A DNA stretch of 64,000 nucleotides. Origin: a virus. Each line of letters starts with the position of its first letter. Position 1 is the stretch's first letter. Positions 18,075 to 28,708 of the stretch are shown here, piece by piece. The DNA is taken from the IMG/VR virus record IMGVR_UViG_3300023296_000994, one strand, 5' to 3'. The position numbers were made by a program, and so were the translations under genes. The notes under the pieces are model-generated. The model had not been told where the DNA came from and did no database searches. It worked only from the letters and a program-made list of their open reading frames with translations.

Positions 18075-18665
18075 TTAATTATTAAAAACATCCATCAACG
18101 AAATGTCTGGCCAATCATTAATATCCCATTGGTGAGGAATTGTTTCTACTGCTTCTGCAAACTTATATATGCCTTCGGCTGCCGTTTCTGGCGTCATATA
18201 ATAATGATATCCCATCGTATCGATGTTTTGTTCACGCCAAGGTACATCTGGCAATCTACCGTCATACGACATTTTTTTTAACGCCACTGCTTGATCTATA
18301 TTATCAGTTAATATCATTCCACCCCGACCTAAACTAAGATGCTTTCTATATTGAAATGATATACACATTAATGTATTGGGTACATATGTATTTTCACCCC
18401 ACAAAACTGCTGCATCTATAATATCAGTCGTAATATAGTAATAGTCCGACCAAGTACAATCAATCCATTCTAAATCAATTGACAATTTATCTGCTAAAAA
18501 AGGTACTGATATGTATGTCCTGCGGGGAGATTGCATTTTATCGGCCTTAGTATATCTTAGGCATAATTCCAATCCATGTGTACACGAATCTACTGCTACA
18601 CCGTACTTAGCACCAAAATAACTGGCTACTATATCTTCGAAGGATGTTATTGTATTAAAGCTCAT
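18075..18665 (-). CDS. Short DegT/DnrJ/EryC1/StrS PLP aminotransferase
   Basis: AVDSCTHGL, IDAA, SFQYRKHL..GRGGMI. Confidence 0.85.
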   Translation of the reverse strand: MSFNTITSFEDIVASYFGAKYGVAVDSCTHGLELCLRYTKADKMQSPRRTYISVPFLADKLSIDLEWIDCTWSDYYYITTDIIDAAVLWGENTYVPNTLMCISFQYRKHLSLGRGGMILTDNIDQAVALKKMSYDGRLPDVPWREQNIDTMGYHYYMTPETAAEGIYKFAEAVETIPHQWDINDWPDISLMDVFNN

Positions 18666-19234
18666 TTTATTGCTTCCATATTTAAACTAATTAATGTACC
18701 ATTCTCTTTATCCATGTGTGGTAGGTAAGCCTGTGAATGATCGTCATACATACTGTGCTCAGTATCTTTCCAATCATACATACGTACATAGTTGAATCCC
18801 GCCTTAAATAATACCGATTTTAATCTAGCATAATCATATGCTGTCTTGTGATATATTGCCTTACCATCCATATACATTTTGCCGTATAGTGGGCCCAAGA
18901 AAGATTCCAATGGATATTGTCCGGCCATATATAAAGAAGCCATTGCGGCGAAATTAGGAACGGCTATTCTAATTGTTCCACCTGGTTTCAATTTACGATA
19001 CCAGCCATACATCAAAATCACAGCCGCATCATAATCGAAGTATTCTAATACATGACTGGCATATATTAAATCTACGGTGTTATCTCTATATGGTAGAGTT
19101 ACAATATCATGTGAATCTAAGTGACTATAATCGCCGCCGTCAATATGTACCCAATCTTTACCAAAGTTTCGCCAGCCACATCCTAAATTTATTTTAATTT
19201 CGTTCATGTTTAATTTATTCAAAGTTATATCCAA
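18662..19234 (-). CDS. SAM methyltransferase (type 11-like)
   Basis: NLGCG, SHVLEY, LKPGG. Confidence 0.85.
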   Translation of the reverse strand: MDITLNKLNMNEIKINLGCGWRNFGKDWVHIDGGDYSHLDSHDIVTLPYRDNTVDLIYASHVLEYFDYDAAVILMYGWYRKLKPGGTIRIAVPNFAAMASLYMAGQYPLESFLGPLYGKMYMDGKAIYHKTAYDYARLKSVLFKAGFNYVRMYDWKDTEHSMYDDHSQAYLPHMDKENGTLISLNMEAIK

Positions 19235-19874
19235 AAAATTTCAAATCATCCGAGTGCATTTCAGCCACCAAACCAATAGTATAATCATCATAATATGTTC
19301 TAAAATCGTTGTGTGATGATTTTCGTTCATGTTTTGAAATAGTTACATCTATACCAATGGAATTCAACATATCAGGCCATTTACCAATGTCTTCCATTTT
19401 AAAAACAGCATTAACATATTCATTTCTATCAATTGATATCCAGTCTATCATTTGTTGATATTTGGGAGTCAGTTTACCATTATTATAAAATGTCAGTTCA
19501 TCCCTATATTGGTATATATTTTTCATAAATTCTGGAAACGATAACTGAGTCCATTTAGATTCTATACTAAAATCATTATCAACACTAGCATGTACTTTTA
19601 AAAAATGATACCAAGATACATACCATGAATACGGATTTCTGACAAGCGAAAATGTAATTAAATTTTTAAAGTCTATGTTTTGTAATCTACATATACCTTT
19701 AATATCCGTTAAGGATAAGTGGCCGGTTATTGGTCCTTTATTTTCCCACCCATAAATCGTGTCTATTTCATCATACATTGACAATACTTTTCCGATTGTT
19801 GTGCCGCCGGTTTTTGGTATGTGAACAAAACAATAATGTGCATTATTCGCATCATTTTTAAATAAATATGCCAT
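19215..19874 (-). CDS. Sulfotransferase family 2
   Basis: FVHIPKTGGTTI (5'-PSB), VRNPY.W.VS.Y (3'-PB). Confidence 0.85.
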   Translation of the reverse strand: MAYLFKNDANNAHYCFVHIPKTGGTTIGKVLSMYDEIDTIYGWENKGPITGHLSLTDIKGICRLQNIDFKNLITFSLVRNPYSWYVSWYHFLKVHASVDNDFSIESKWTQLSFPEFMKNIYQYRDELTFYNNGKLTPKYQQMIDWISIDRNEYVNAVFKMEDIGKWPDMLNSIGIDVTISKHERKSSHNDFRTYYDDYTIGLVAEMHSDDLKFFGYNFE

Positions 19875-19877
19875 TGG

Positions 19878-21386
19878 TTATTTACGTTTCCAACATTCCC
19901 AAACAAACGGATATGAAAATACAAGTTCATGTGTTTCTTTCAATCGTTCTATTATTTTTGCTCTATCGGATATAGGATTAACTGCTAAGTAATGAAACTG
20001 AACCAATATACGGTCAACCTTATTAATAAATTTCGAATCTATAATTTCATTAAGTAATTCATATTCTCCACCTTCAATATTAATTTTTATCAATGAAATA
20101 TCATCAATATTGTTTTCTATTACAAAATCACGGAATCTAACCTTACTGCATGTTTCCTTTGACCCGGATGTAAATTGCGACGATGAATTACCATCAACCG
20201 AAATTTCAAATGTAGAATTAGAATCACCCAGTGCAAAATTATGTAGTGTAACGCTATCCGGTAAATGTTCGCTTGAATATCGATAGAAAGATTGTACTGG
20301 TTCGAATGCATGTATACGTAAGGTATGTTTATTACGTAACATAAGCTGATTATAATAATCGCCTTCATATGAACCAACGTCGAACACTACCGAGTCTTCA
20401 TTTAAATCAAAATATAAATGAGTTGAATCGCCACCGTTTGAAAAAAACTGGTCAAGCCAATGACGCTGTACATGTCCATCTACTGTAGTTCTAAAGTCAT
20501 CGGGACTTAAATCTATTATTTCTTTATCTGATGTTTCATGTAAATTCTTAAATACATTATCATATATCCAATCTTCTTGACAATAATAATTACGCATCAT
20601 CGCGTTGTTTTTCATGACAGAATGTAACTTACGTTCATATAAATCAGTAGTTAGTGTAGAAAGTATATCATCCAATTCCGATATAGTATCGAACATTATA
20701 ATTCCGTTTTTATCAAAATAATTACCTATTGCATTTGGTCCATAGTAAATTGGGATAGTACCAACGGCAAAACAATCTAGTAACTTCTCTGAAAAGTAAT
20801 CCGGTATCTTTGAATTTTCCACTACAATTGAAAATCTATATGGAGCAAGAATTTCTTCTTTATAATCAAAGTCTATACCTGCCCCCGAACCATACCTATC
20901 TACATCGGGAAACATTCTAGCAATTTCATGACGTAGTTTATGACCGTCAGTTAATTTCTTGTTAGAATATATAATATTTACATCCTTTGATTTTTCATAC
21001 ACGCCTATGTTATCTTCTAATACCCATGAGCCACCAAACGGATAATATATACATTTTGTTGGATATTTGTCAATCAAGTCACGATTGTACGTCAATATAA
21101 AATCAAACAAATCTATAATGGTTTCTATATTAGAATACACATTTGAATTGATTTGTGGTGGTTCTATTATCATACCAACCTTATATGTGCTTTCCACAGA
21201 AGTTACCAACTCACCATTACACATCCAATCATCTGAAAATATAGTGATACCATTGTGCTTCATTTTATTTCTAACCCATTTCCAATTTTTAGGAATACGA
21301 TTATCAGTCATTGAAAAATGACCGTTGTCTCTGTCCAGGTGAGTAAATCCGCCAAACAAATTTACTTCCATTATATCTTTATCCAT
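19878..21386 (-). CDS. GT10 (fucosyltransferase-like) plus FkbM methyltransferase fusion
   Basis: YRFSIVVENS...YFSEKL.DCF..GTIPIYYG; FDVGSYEG, FEPV, KINIEGGE. Confidence 0.8.
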   Translation of the reverse strand: MDKDIMEVNLFGGFTHLDRDNGHFSMTDNRIPKNWKWVRNKMKHNGITIFSDDWMCNGELVTSVESTYKVGMIIEPPQINSNVYSNIETIIDLFDFILTYNRDLIDKYPTKCIYYPFGGSWVLEDNIGVYEKSKDVNIIYSNKKLTDGHKLRHEIARMFPDVDRYGSGAGIDFDYKEEILAPYRFSIVVENSKIPDYFSEKLLDCFAVGTIPIYYGPNAIGNYFDKNGIIMFDTISELDDILSTLTTDLYERKLHSVMKNNAMMRNYYCQEDWIYDNVFKNLHETSDKEIIDLSPDDFRTTVDGHVQRHWLDQFFSNGGDSTHLYFDLNEDSVVFDVGSYEGDYYNQLMLRNKHTLRIHAFEPVQSFYRYSSEHLPDSVTLHNFALGDSNSTFEISVDGNSSSQFTSGSKETCSKVRFRDFVIENNIDDISLIKINIEGGEYELLNEIIDSKFINKVDRILVQFHYLAVNPISDRAKIIERLKETHELVFSYPFVWECWKRK

Positions 21387-22972
21387 GATTCTGGTATTAT
21401 ATCTTTATCGCTTAAATTTCTTTTTTCGCCGAACCATTGTTTAGGTGCAATTACAACTTTATCGGGGTTTTCATTTAGCCATGCTCCCCACCAAGAAAAT
21501 GTAGAGTTGGCAATAATATTGTGATTACATTCAGACATTATCAATAAATCCAAATAATCATCACAATCACATACAAAGTGTTTATTTGATAACGACGAAA
21601 ATAATTCATTATTCATACACCAGTCAATGTCATCACTAAATATAAGGAATAAAGCTGATGAATCAAAATAATCTATGGCATTTTTATAATAATCCATCGG
21701 AAGTATAGGGTGCATTTCTGATAAATTAGTGTAATCACCCCTACGTACATGAATTGATACTACGTTGCCAGTAAATGGTAATAACGTGCTTAGATTCTCC
21801 TGTACCGGCTTCATCATATCGTCATCGTGTTTGAACATATTTAGTATGGCCTGACGATTGTGAACAAAGAATTTTTCCGATTGAAAGTAACCAGAATATT
21901 TACAGTTTGGATAAAACGGTGTATCACTGTATGTAAATTCTGGTTGTTCATACGTCATAGTATGATTTACACTTGGGGTAGTGCGTATTTTACTAAATAT
22001 ATTATTTGTATATCCGCCAAATTGAGGCGTTTTTAATTGAGGAAGAATTAATGTTGCATCGTTGTCCTTTGCCATTGATATTCCGGTAGCAACCTGAAAC
22101 ATCAAATTACCTAATCCATAATTATGTATGCCACCAGGCGCACCAGGACCCTTCAAATCAAATGTAATATTTGATGTAATAATTCTGTCCATCGGTGGCT
22201 TAGTTCTAATTCTTTTTTCTATTTCCTTTTGTTCTTTCTGCCTAACGGATCCTTCGTTATTTAAATCAGCGGACCTATTCAGTATGTACAATATATCATC
22301 ACATCTATAGATATGATCCTTACCAGCCATTTCTACCATTGGAATACATAGGGCATGGTCCCAAGCGGCTGAGAAGTATTCTCCCGTACAATCATCTGTT
22401 AATCTATTGGTAGGTATCCTACTAAACAAATGGTACTTATACGTCTTTAGATGGGAAAACGGGAACGGTGTGAATCTATAAGTATTAGCTGAATCTACTG
22501 CTTGGTCTATACCCATATTATAATGGCCGCCTGTTTCACCGCTTGGATACATTTGGTATTGGCCATAGGTCATCCATACAGCATTGTCGGTATAAATTTG
22601 GCTTATATATTGTAACGTAAATACACTTGATAACCAATCATCACCATCAACTTCAACTATTATATCTTCATCTGAAATTAAATCGTTTACCTGTAGCCAA
22701 CTAATTCCAAACATATAGGCTTTACCTTGACTTCCATTATCATCGTTACGAATTACATGGCACCTATCATCACTATGAGTTTCATCTAGTAACGTAGTAT
22801 ACGTACCATCAGTAGAACCATCATCAATGTATAGGTACAATACATTCTTATAACTTTGATATTTGTTCATGGCTATATTCATTCGAATATAATCATTTAC
22901 ATTATAGCATGTAGTTATAACTACAAATCTATTGTTCATTGATGAAAGTTTTATCGAATTCTTGGCCCTCAT
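21371..22972 (-). CDS. GT2 plus GT11 (alpha-1,2-fucosyltransferase-like) fusion
   Basis: DDGSTDGT, VDGDDWL; GLGNLMFQ, GYFQS, HVRRGDY, IANSTFSWWGAWL. Confidence 0.85.
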   Translation of the reverse strand: MRAKNSIKLSSMNNRFVVITTCYNVNDYIRMNIAMNKYQSYKNVLYLYIDDGSTDGTYTTLLDETHSDDRCHVIRNDDNGSQGKAYMFGISWLQVNDLISDEDIIVEVDGDDWLSSVFTLQYISQIYTDNAVWMTYGQYQMYPSGETGGHYNMGIDQAVDSANTYRFTPFPFSHLKTYKYHLFSRIPTNRLTDDCTGEYFSAAWDHALCIPMVEMAGKDHIYRCDDILYILNRSADLNNEGSVRQKEQKEIEKRIRTKPPMDRIITSNITFDLKGPGAPGGIHNYGLGNLMFQVATGISMAKDNDATLILPQLKTPQFGGYTNNIFSKIRTTPSVNHTMTYEQPEFTYSDTPFYPNCKYSGYFQSEKFFVHNRQAILNMFKHDDDMMKPVQENLSTLLPFTGNVVSIHVRRGDYTNLSEMHPILPMDYYKNAIDYFDSSALFLIFSDDIDWCMNNELFSSLSNKHFVCDCDDYLDLLIMSECNHNIIANSTFSWWGAWLNENPDKVVIAPKQWFGEKRNLSDKDIIPESWIKI

Positions 22973-23360
22973 ATGGCCCAGTCTTATATTCCAACACCCG
23001 TGTACCGTCTTCCAATATCAAATAATTGTGGCCACCCTCTAAAGTAAAACTGGCGTCAAACTGATTCAATATCATCTTACACAAAACACCATCATCCAAA
23101 TCATAGAAAGTACATTCAACTTTACCACGTAATACTACCCAAGATTCCTGAGCAATCTGATCTGTATATGAACGATGCTTCTTTATATGTCGGTGCGGAA
23201 CGAATGTTTTACCTTCTCCCATACCAAGTACGGAACACTGTAGGAAATTTTCGCCTGATATAATATCTAATCTTCCATCATATTTAGAATCAAGTACATC
23301 GGTAATTACCATGTGCAATAGCTTACCCGGTTCTACCGCTGAATATATTTTGTTAATCAT
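22929..23360 (-). CDS. WbuC-like cupin
   Basis: PHRH...QE...GGH...E.KTGPY. Confidence 0.7.
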   Translation of the reverse strand: MINKIYSAVEPGKLLHMVITDVLDSKYDGRLDIISGENFLQCSVLGMGEGKTFVPHRHIKKHRSYTDQIAQESWVVLRGKVECTFYDLDDGVLCKMILNQFDASFTLEGGHNYLILEDGTRVLEYKTGPYEGQEFDKTFINEQ

Positions 23361-23980
23361 AACGTATTATAAAATTCGTTTTGGCGTTCTTGTCTATTAA
23401 TATCCTTAGCGTGAAATAACGAATATTCTGTTTCGGTAGGTAGGAATGCATATGATGCAGCGCCTATTATTCGTTCATGTACGTGATTCGTCCATTGTAT
23501 TGAATCCTTATTTCTATAGATTCTACTTTGAAAGTCAGGAAAATTGACTCTACCCTGATCATCTTGTATCCATCCCCATTTACGAATATGATGTGGAGTT
23601 ATACCTTTAACAATATTTACCCGGGGAACCCACAGTAAATCGGTTGCTTCATTTTCAACCAAAATACCTGGCAAGACTTCCAATAAATGTTCATCTGGAA
23701 CTTCATCGGCATCAATTTGAAAAATCCAATCACCGTTACACATTGAATTCAAATAATTCTTCTGGTCCGCAAAAGAGCCTTCAAACGGTCGCTCATACCA
23801 CATATATTCCGAATTAACAGAATGTGATCGTAAGTATTCTTCTACGTATTCATGGCCGTTTTTTGAATCATATAAAACTACAATTTCATCTTCGGAACGC
23901 TTGTTGTCTAATAAATGAGTAATCAAATGCTGTATTTGATGTAGTTCATCTTTGACCGGAATTGCATAACTAATCTTCAT
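23357..23980 (-). CDS. Glycosyltransferase family 2
   Basis: FADQKN...WIFQIDADE, PDFQ.R, VHE. Confidence 0.85.
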   Translation of the reverse strand: MKISYAIPVKDELHQIQHLITHLLDNKRSEDEIVVLYDSKNGHEYVEEYLRSHSVNSEYMWYERPFEGSFADQKNYLNSMCNGDWIFQIDADEVPDEHLLEVLPGILVENEATDLLWVPRVNIVKGITPHHIRKWGWIQDDQGRVNFPDFQSRIYRNKDSIQWTNHVHERIIGAASYAFLPTETEYSLFHAKDINRQERQNEFYNTL

Positions 23981-24458
23981 TACTGTCTACTTTAATTGGC
24001 TCGGGAGCAGCACATGGGTATTTATTTTCTAATTCTTTGCCGAATTTATATTCTATTACCGATGAATTTTTAAATGAATCTGTTAGTAAAGTTCTATAGG
24101 CTTTCTTAACATCTGGAAACCGTGAACTCTTTATTGTATCTAAATAAAATCGTTGAGTGTTGGTTTCGGTAATGTCTACCATTGGAATTTTAACCATACG
24201 CTTGTTGTTAACGCAAACAATACCCAGTTCGGTTATTAGCCTTAGAAATACATGGCGGGGAATATCATTCATCTTAATAACATGGCACATGCCCGAATTA
24301 ATGGGCCAATCTGGACTAAGTACAACCAACATATATTTTCTCGCTTCACCTGTTTTGGTATTGTAGTTTGCTTCTACTATCATACCATGTTCAAATTCGG
24401 CTGGTGTGATGCGGCTCCGTTTCCGTATATTATACTGATGTTCAATTAATCGGCTCAT
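23970..24458 (-). CDS. Hypothetical protein
   Basis: Coupled ORF. Confidence 0.65.
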   Translation of the reverse strand: MSRLIEHQYNIRKRSRITPAEFEHGMIVEANYNTKTGEARKYMLVVLSPDWPINSGMCHVIKMNDIPRHVFLRLITELGIVCVNNKRMVKIPMVDITETNTQRFYLDTIKSSRFPDVKKAYRTLLTDSFKNSSVIEYKFGKELENKYPCAAPEPIKVDSNED

Positions 24459-24918
24459 CGTCGGTATTTATTAAGGTTTGTTGTTCGAAGCTGATATCAC
24501 CGAGCGAATACCCATTTATGTTTTTAATTGCATCTAAATGACGCTTGTAATATTTGGCGTTTTTCATATCAGCTTCAGACGTAGATTCATTATCTATTAC
24601 AGGTGCGTAACACCATTCCCAGCTTTGTAATGTACCGAGAGGAAAAACTATACCATCGGATGCTTCTACTACAATTGGATACCAATACGATTCACCATCG
24701 TCATGTCTCAGATTTTTAATTAATTCTGGAAGTCTAGCTTCGTATCCATCTTGACCAGTTAGGTTTTCATCTGGATATTTGATATAATTTAAAGGATATT
24801 CATTAGTGAAAAATCCACTTTCAATATCATACTTAGATTTATTTCCCTGATCGTCGTGTTCGACTAGTACAGATTGTTTATCTGTAAATGGGCTAGTTTC
24901 CCATGTTCCGTTTGTCAT
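24442..24918 (-). CDS. Hypothetical protein
   Basis: Coupled ORF. Confidence 0.65.
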   Translation of the reverse strand: MTNGTWETSPFTDKQSVLVEHDDQGNKSKYDIESGFFTNEYPLNYIKYPDENLTGQDGYEARLPELIKNLRHDDGESYWYPIVVEASDGIVFPLGTLQSWEWCYAPVIDNESTSEADMKNAKYYKRHLDAIKNINGYSLGDISFEQQTLINTDDEPIN

Positions 24919-26183
24919 TGTGCTATCTTATTTAATTTTGGAAGTTTTAATTCTACTTTCTTTGAAACGTACTTATCTAATATGTCACCGAATTCAACCG
25001 TCATGCTTCCGTGATTAAATTGTTCCCTTGATATCATTGCTTGCTTTCGCGCATCGACTACATAATCAGAATAACTTTCATACACGGCTTTTAGTATATT
25101 ACTTGCAGTTGGATAATTAACATAAAACCATTTTGATTCCGGAATAATTACATCTTCCCATACTGCTGACGGGTGTACATTTTTTAGTTCACCAGGAAGT
25201 AAAACTGATTTTGTTAGGAAATCAATATGACCGGACCAATTACTTGCAATTACCGGCTTCTGTGTTACTGAAAATTCTAGTAGTGGCCTCCCAAAACCTT
25301 CACCGTGAGTAAAGGAAACCATAGCTTTGATTTTCGGGTGGTTATACAACCCATTGACTTCAGCGGGAGTTAAGTCACCGTGGAACAGATATACCTTCGG
25401 TAGATCCTTTTTTTGATATTTGGATGTAATAGATTCAATTTGTGCTATCATAGTATTTCTATCGGTAACACTGAATCCTGATCCACTTATTTTAAGTATT
25501 AGTGCAGGTCTATTTCTAGGTGCCATACCCTTAAACGTTTGAATGAACGTTGATATAGTTCCGCCAATATCCTTTCTATCGTGGGTTAAATCACCTTTCA
25601 ACCAATGACCCATGACAAGAAAACAAAAGTCTTCGGGTACTGATTCCATTTGGGTGACAATGGTAACTGGAATATCAGGCGTCTTATGGAATATGTCAGT
25701 ATTAATACCTTCAAATAAAACTTCAATGGGCGTTTCAACCTTAAGTTCACCCACTTGTTGCTTAGTATTATTATCTACAATTTGTAGTATAGAATTTACA
25801 AATGATGCCTTAGAATGATTGGATGTAGTAATTACCAAATCCATATTATTACATCCTTCAATCCATTTTTGAGATACTTTATCGGTTTCCATTCCAGCCG
25901 TAATACCAATATTAAATTTCCCTTGTTTTTGAAATTCATTTGGTACTGTCACTTGAATCCATACGTCAGGTTGATTAAGCTGTTGGCCAGGCTGCGCAAA
26001 TAAATTGGTAATATCAGTATCATTGGTAGTCAACGCGTTTTTATCGCATGACCCCCATCGCTGATCCATTATCTTTATATCAAATCTATCCAACGCAATT
26101 AAACTACGTATAATGTCTCTTGAATGATCGCCGTATCCACTTCTACTACTTGCCGGGCAACTTATAACTAATGATTCTTTCAT
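24915..26183 (-). CDS. Glycosyltransferase family 4 (GT-B)
   Basis: SGYG, HGEGFGRPLLE...PVIASNWSGH. Confidence 0.85.
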   Translation of the reverse strand: MKESLVISCPASSRSGYGDHSRDIIRSLIALDRFDIKIMDQRWGSCDKNALTTNDTDITNLFAQPGQQLNQPDVWIQVTVPNEFQKQGKFNIGITAGMETDKVSQKWIEGCNNMDLVITTSNHSKASFVNSILQIVDNNTKQQVGELKVETPIEVLFEGINTDIFHKTPDIPVTIVTQMESVPEDFCFLVMGHWLKGDLTHDRKDIGGTISTFIQTFKGMAPRNRPALILKISGSGFSVTDRNTMIAQIESITSKYQKKDLPKVYLFHGDLTPAEVNGLYNHPKIKAMVSFTHGEGFGRPLLEFSVTQKPVIASNWSGHIDFLTKSVLLPGELKNVHPSAVWEDVIIPESKWFYVNYPTASNILKAVYESYSDYVVDARKQAMISREQFNHGSMTVEFGDILDKYVSKKVELKLPKLNKIAQ

Positions 26184-26196
26184 TTAATTTTTTGTT

Positions 26197-26739
26197 TTAA
26201 TCTAATTTGATATTAATTCTGTATTCTTGTCCATCCGGTACGGAATAAATAGCGTACTGTGGCGTCGCCTGAAATTCATTGAAATTAATCTGGTTGAGTA
26301 TATCGATATATTTTTTTCCCGTTCCAGGTGTTAGATATGCTATAGTCATGTGAGGATGATAATCAGGAAACTTAGTCGTATGTGGTAATTTTCCCAGCGC
26401 TTTATTTGTTTCATTTAAGTTGGCACCCTTTACATCAAACTTAAGTACATCATAAAATTCACTACTGAAAGTAGATGGATTGTGTAGCCTACACGATGAA
26501 TATGTGTAATCATCAAGTACTGATTCTACTTGGTGTTTACTTACACCATCATGTAATCCATATAACAGCGTAGCGTGCGGGTGTACTTCTAGCCCATACG
26601 TGTCACCGTTCGGCTCTTCAAATACGTCATTAGTAGCAATCATATCATGAATACGTTTCATTTCTGGAAATGAAAAATACAACATAGCGCAACCGAATGA
26701 ATATTCTGCTTCCGCCAATAAACTTCTAAGTGATATCAT
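26197..26739 (-). CDS. 2H phosphoesterase, Acb1/T4 gp57B-like (candidate anti-CBASS nuclease)
   Basis: Two HxT motifs: PHATLLYG and FPDYHPHMTIAY. The start MISLRSLLAE overlaps the upstream TGA. Confidence 0.75.
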   Translation of the reverse strand: MISLRSLLAEAEYSFGCAMLYFSFPEMKRIHDMIATNDVFEEPNGDTYGLEVHPHATLLYGLHDGVSKHQVESVLDDYTYSSCRLHNPSTFSSEFYDVLKFDVKGANLNETNKALGKLPHTTKFPDYHPHMTIAYLTPGTGKKYIDILNQINFNEFQATPQYAIYSVPDGQEYRINIKLD

Positions 26740-28256
26740 AGTAACGTACAATTTGTATAGGTAACATCTTCTTTATGTGATACGTCAATGACCGAAAATT
26801 TATTTCTTGGATGAAATCTATCCATACACATATCCAACGAATAAACGGTTCTACTACACATATTTTCTTTTGTAAACCCGTTTTTAATTGACCATGATCT
26901 TCCAGCTGCTCCTGCTTTAATTCTATGGTCATCACCTTTCAAGTACCAATACTTCAGGCCATCACGTAGCGATGTAATAGGAGCAATCGAATCATATATA
27001 TATGGCGTTGCGGGTGAACCTTGTAAATTATAAATTGGCCATAACGGATATACCCAATTTCCATGTTCGGTTGTGATGTTACCCGAACTATTACTAGCTA
27101 CTGCATCGGTGAAATCATTAACCGTAAGTTCCTTACCGTCTTTAGTAAATCCCATTTGGTCCTGTAACCCACCGATGACGGTAGCTATGGTAGGTGTTCC
27201 TGCCATTAATGATTCCATATGTGATAATCCAAATCCTTCAGCGGACGATGGATTACAGGTAACATCGGCCAGATTATACAGACAATTTAACTCGGTAGTA
27301 CTTATCTTTCGATTACTGAATATGATATTTACATCGGGTGCAAGTGCCTGTGCGACTGCTGGTAAATCTGTACCATGTTGGTCAACGGGGTCGGTGTGCA
27401 TCAACAGGTAACAATCACTTCGTTGTTCTTCGGGAAGACTATCAACCATTAATTTAAATGCCAATATCAAATTAGACGGGCATTTCCGTCTTACATTTCT
27501 ACTATTAAAAAATGCTACGAATTTTGGATCTTTATTTCCAAATATTGCCTGCTTAACTTTGGCCAGCGTAGGGTCTGTAGATTTAAGTGGTGTAAACGTA
27601 TCTGTATCAATACCATGCGGTACATATGTTAATAATGGTATGGGTCTCCACGGTGCTTCCTGCCCAGTATTACCAACCAATTTCATTCTATTGACATCAT
27701 CAGTTTTATCTTCTGATTCATAGTAGCCATGGCCTAGTACCATTCGATTTAAATTGTATGTTTGTTTTGATATAGCCATTAATAAATCACATGATTCATA
27801 TGCGTTACGATTCCAATGTGGTGCCGGTAAATCATCCCATATATTAAGATATGCAATTGGAATAGTTTGCCTAATTTCATGTTCCATGTTGTACAGCCAG
27901 TCCCAAAATCTGGGGTCTGTAAAGTGAACAATGATATCAGGCTTTTCAATTAACAATATTTGTCTTAGAACATCAGGGTTACCATATCCACTAGCACAAT
28001 ATACTTTGACCGAAGCATCACCTACACCCGTTACAGTAGCTGCATCTTGGCTCATATCAAACACCTTACCTTGATCTTGATGATTAATTGCTCCACCAAT
28101 CTGAACCCAATCATACGTGGCCACGGTTCCGTATACCATTTCTCTGGACATAGTTCCTACTCCAGATGGTAATCTAATATCATCCGATAATAGTAATACT
28201 TTTTTCTTTGGAGGCTTAGATGTATCTACTTTTCGTAACTTAGGTAACTTATTCAT
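26736..28256 (-). CDS. Glycosyltransferase family 4 (GT-B)
   Basis: SGVG, PHGID, RNVRRK, SSAEGFGLS..ES...GTP. Confidence 0.85.
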   Translation of the reverse strand: MNKLPKLRKVDTSKPPKKKVLLLSDDIRLPSGVGTMSREMVYGTVATYDWVQIGGAINHQDQGKVFDMSQDAATVTGVGDASVKVYCASGYGNPDVLRQILLIEKPDIIVHFTDPRFWDWLYNMEHEIRQTIPIAYLNIWDDLPAPHWNRNAYESCDLLMAISKQTYNLNRMVLGHGYYESEDKTDDVNRMKLVGNTGQEAPWRPIPLLTYVPHGIDTDTFTPLKSTDPTLAKVKQAIFGNKDPKFVAFFNSRNVRRKCPSNLILAFKLMVDSLPEEQRSDCYLLMHTDPVDQHGTDLPAVAQALAPDVNIIFSNRKISTTELNCLYNLADVTCNPSSAEGFGLSHMESLMAGTPTIATVIGGLQDQMGFTKDGKELTVNDFTDAVASNSSGNITTEHGNWVYPLWPIYNLQGSPATPYIYDSIAPITSLRDGLKYWYLKGDDHRIKAGAAGRSWSIKNGFTKENMCSRTVYSLDMCMDRFHPRNKFSVIDVSHKEDVTYTNCTLL

Positions 28257-28282
28257 TTATTATAACTTTATTATAAATATCG

Positions 28283-28708
28283 CTAATATACAATAACGAC
28301 TGGTTTATTTAATTTTTTTGTCTTATTTATTATATCGATTATTCCTTTATTCGAGTCACCTTTATCGATGAACACCATTAAATAATCGATATGCTTACAA
28401 AACATATCGTTTCTGTGAAATATATATCTTGGGCTGTATTCCTTCCCGTAATAGTTTTCATGACAGGCGGAATATAAATTAGCATTTGTATATGCCGGAT
28501 TAAATTCTTTATAGTTACATTCAAGTTCAAGACAAAACTTCTTAGCCATCTTATCGGCTCCGTCTTTATTTCCCGTTGACACTATTTGTAGTTCGCTGCC
28601 GAATCGTCCTTTCATTTTCCAAATACTATCCTTTATTTTACGTCTATTCTGCCATCCCAAACTACCAACTATTCCGACTCTGGTTTGATTCTGCTTCCTT
28701 TTGGACAT
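28283..28708 (-). CDS. SLOG/YspA-like (DUF2493-type) protein
   Basis: IVGS...IVS.G..DGAD..A...RN. Confidence 0.65.
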   Translation of the reverse strand: MSKRKQNQTRVGIVGSLGWQNRRKIKDSIWKMKGRFGSELQIVSTGNKDGADKMAKKFCLELECNYKEFNPAYTNANLYSACHENYYGKEYSPRYIFHRNDMFCKHIDYLMVFIDKGDSNKGIIDIINKTKKLNKPVVIVY

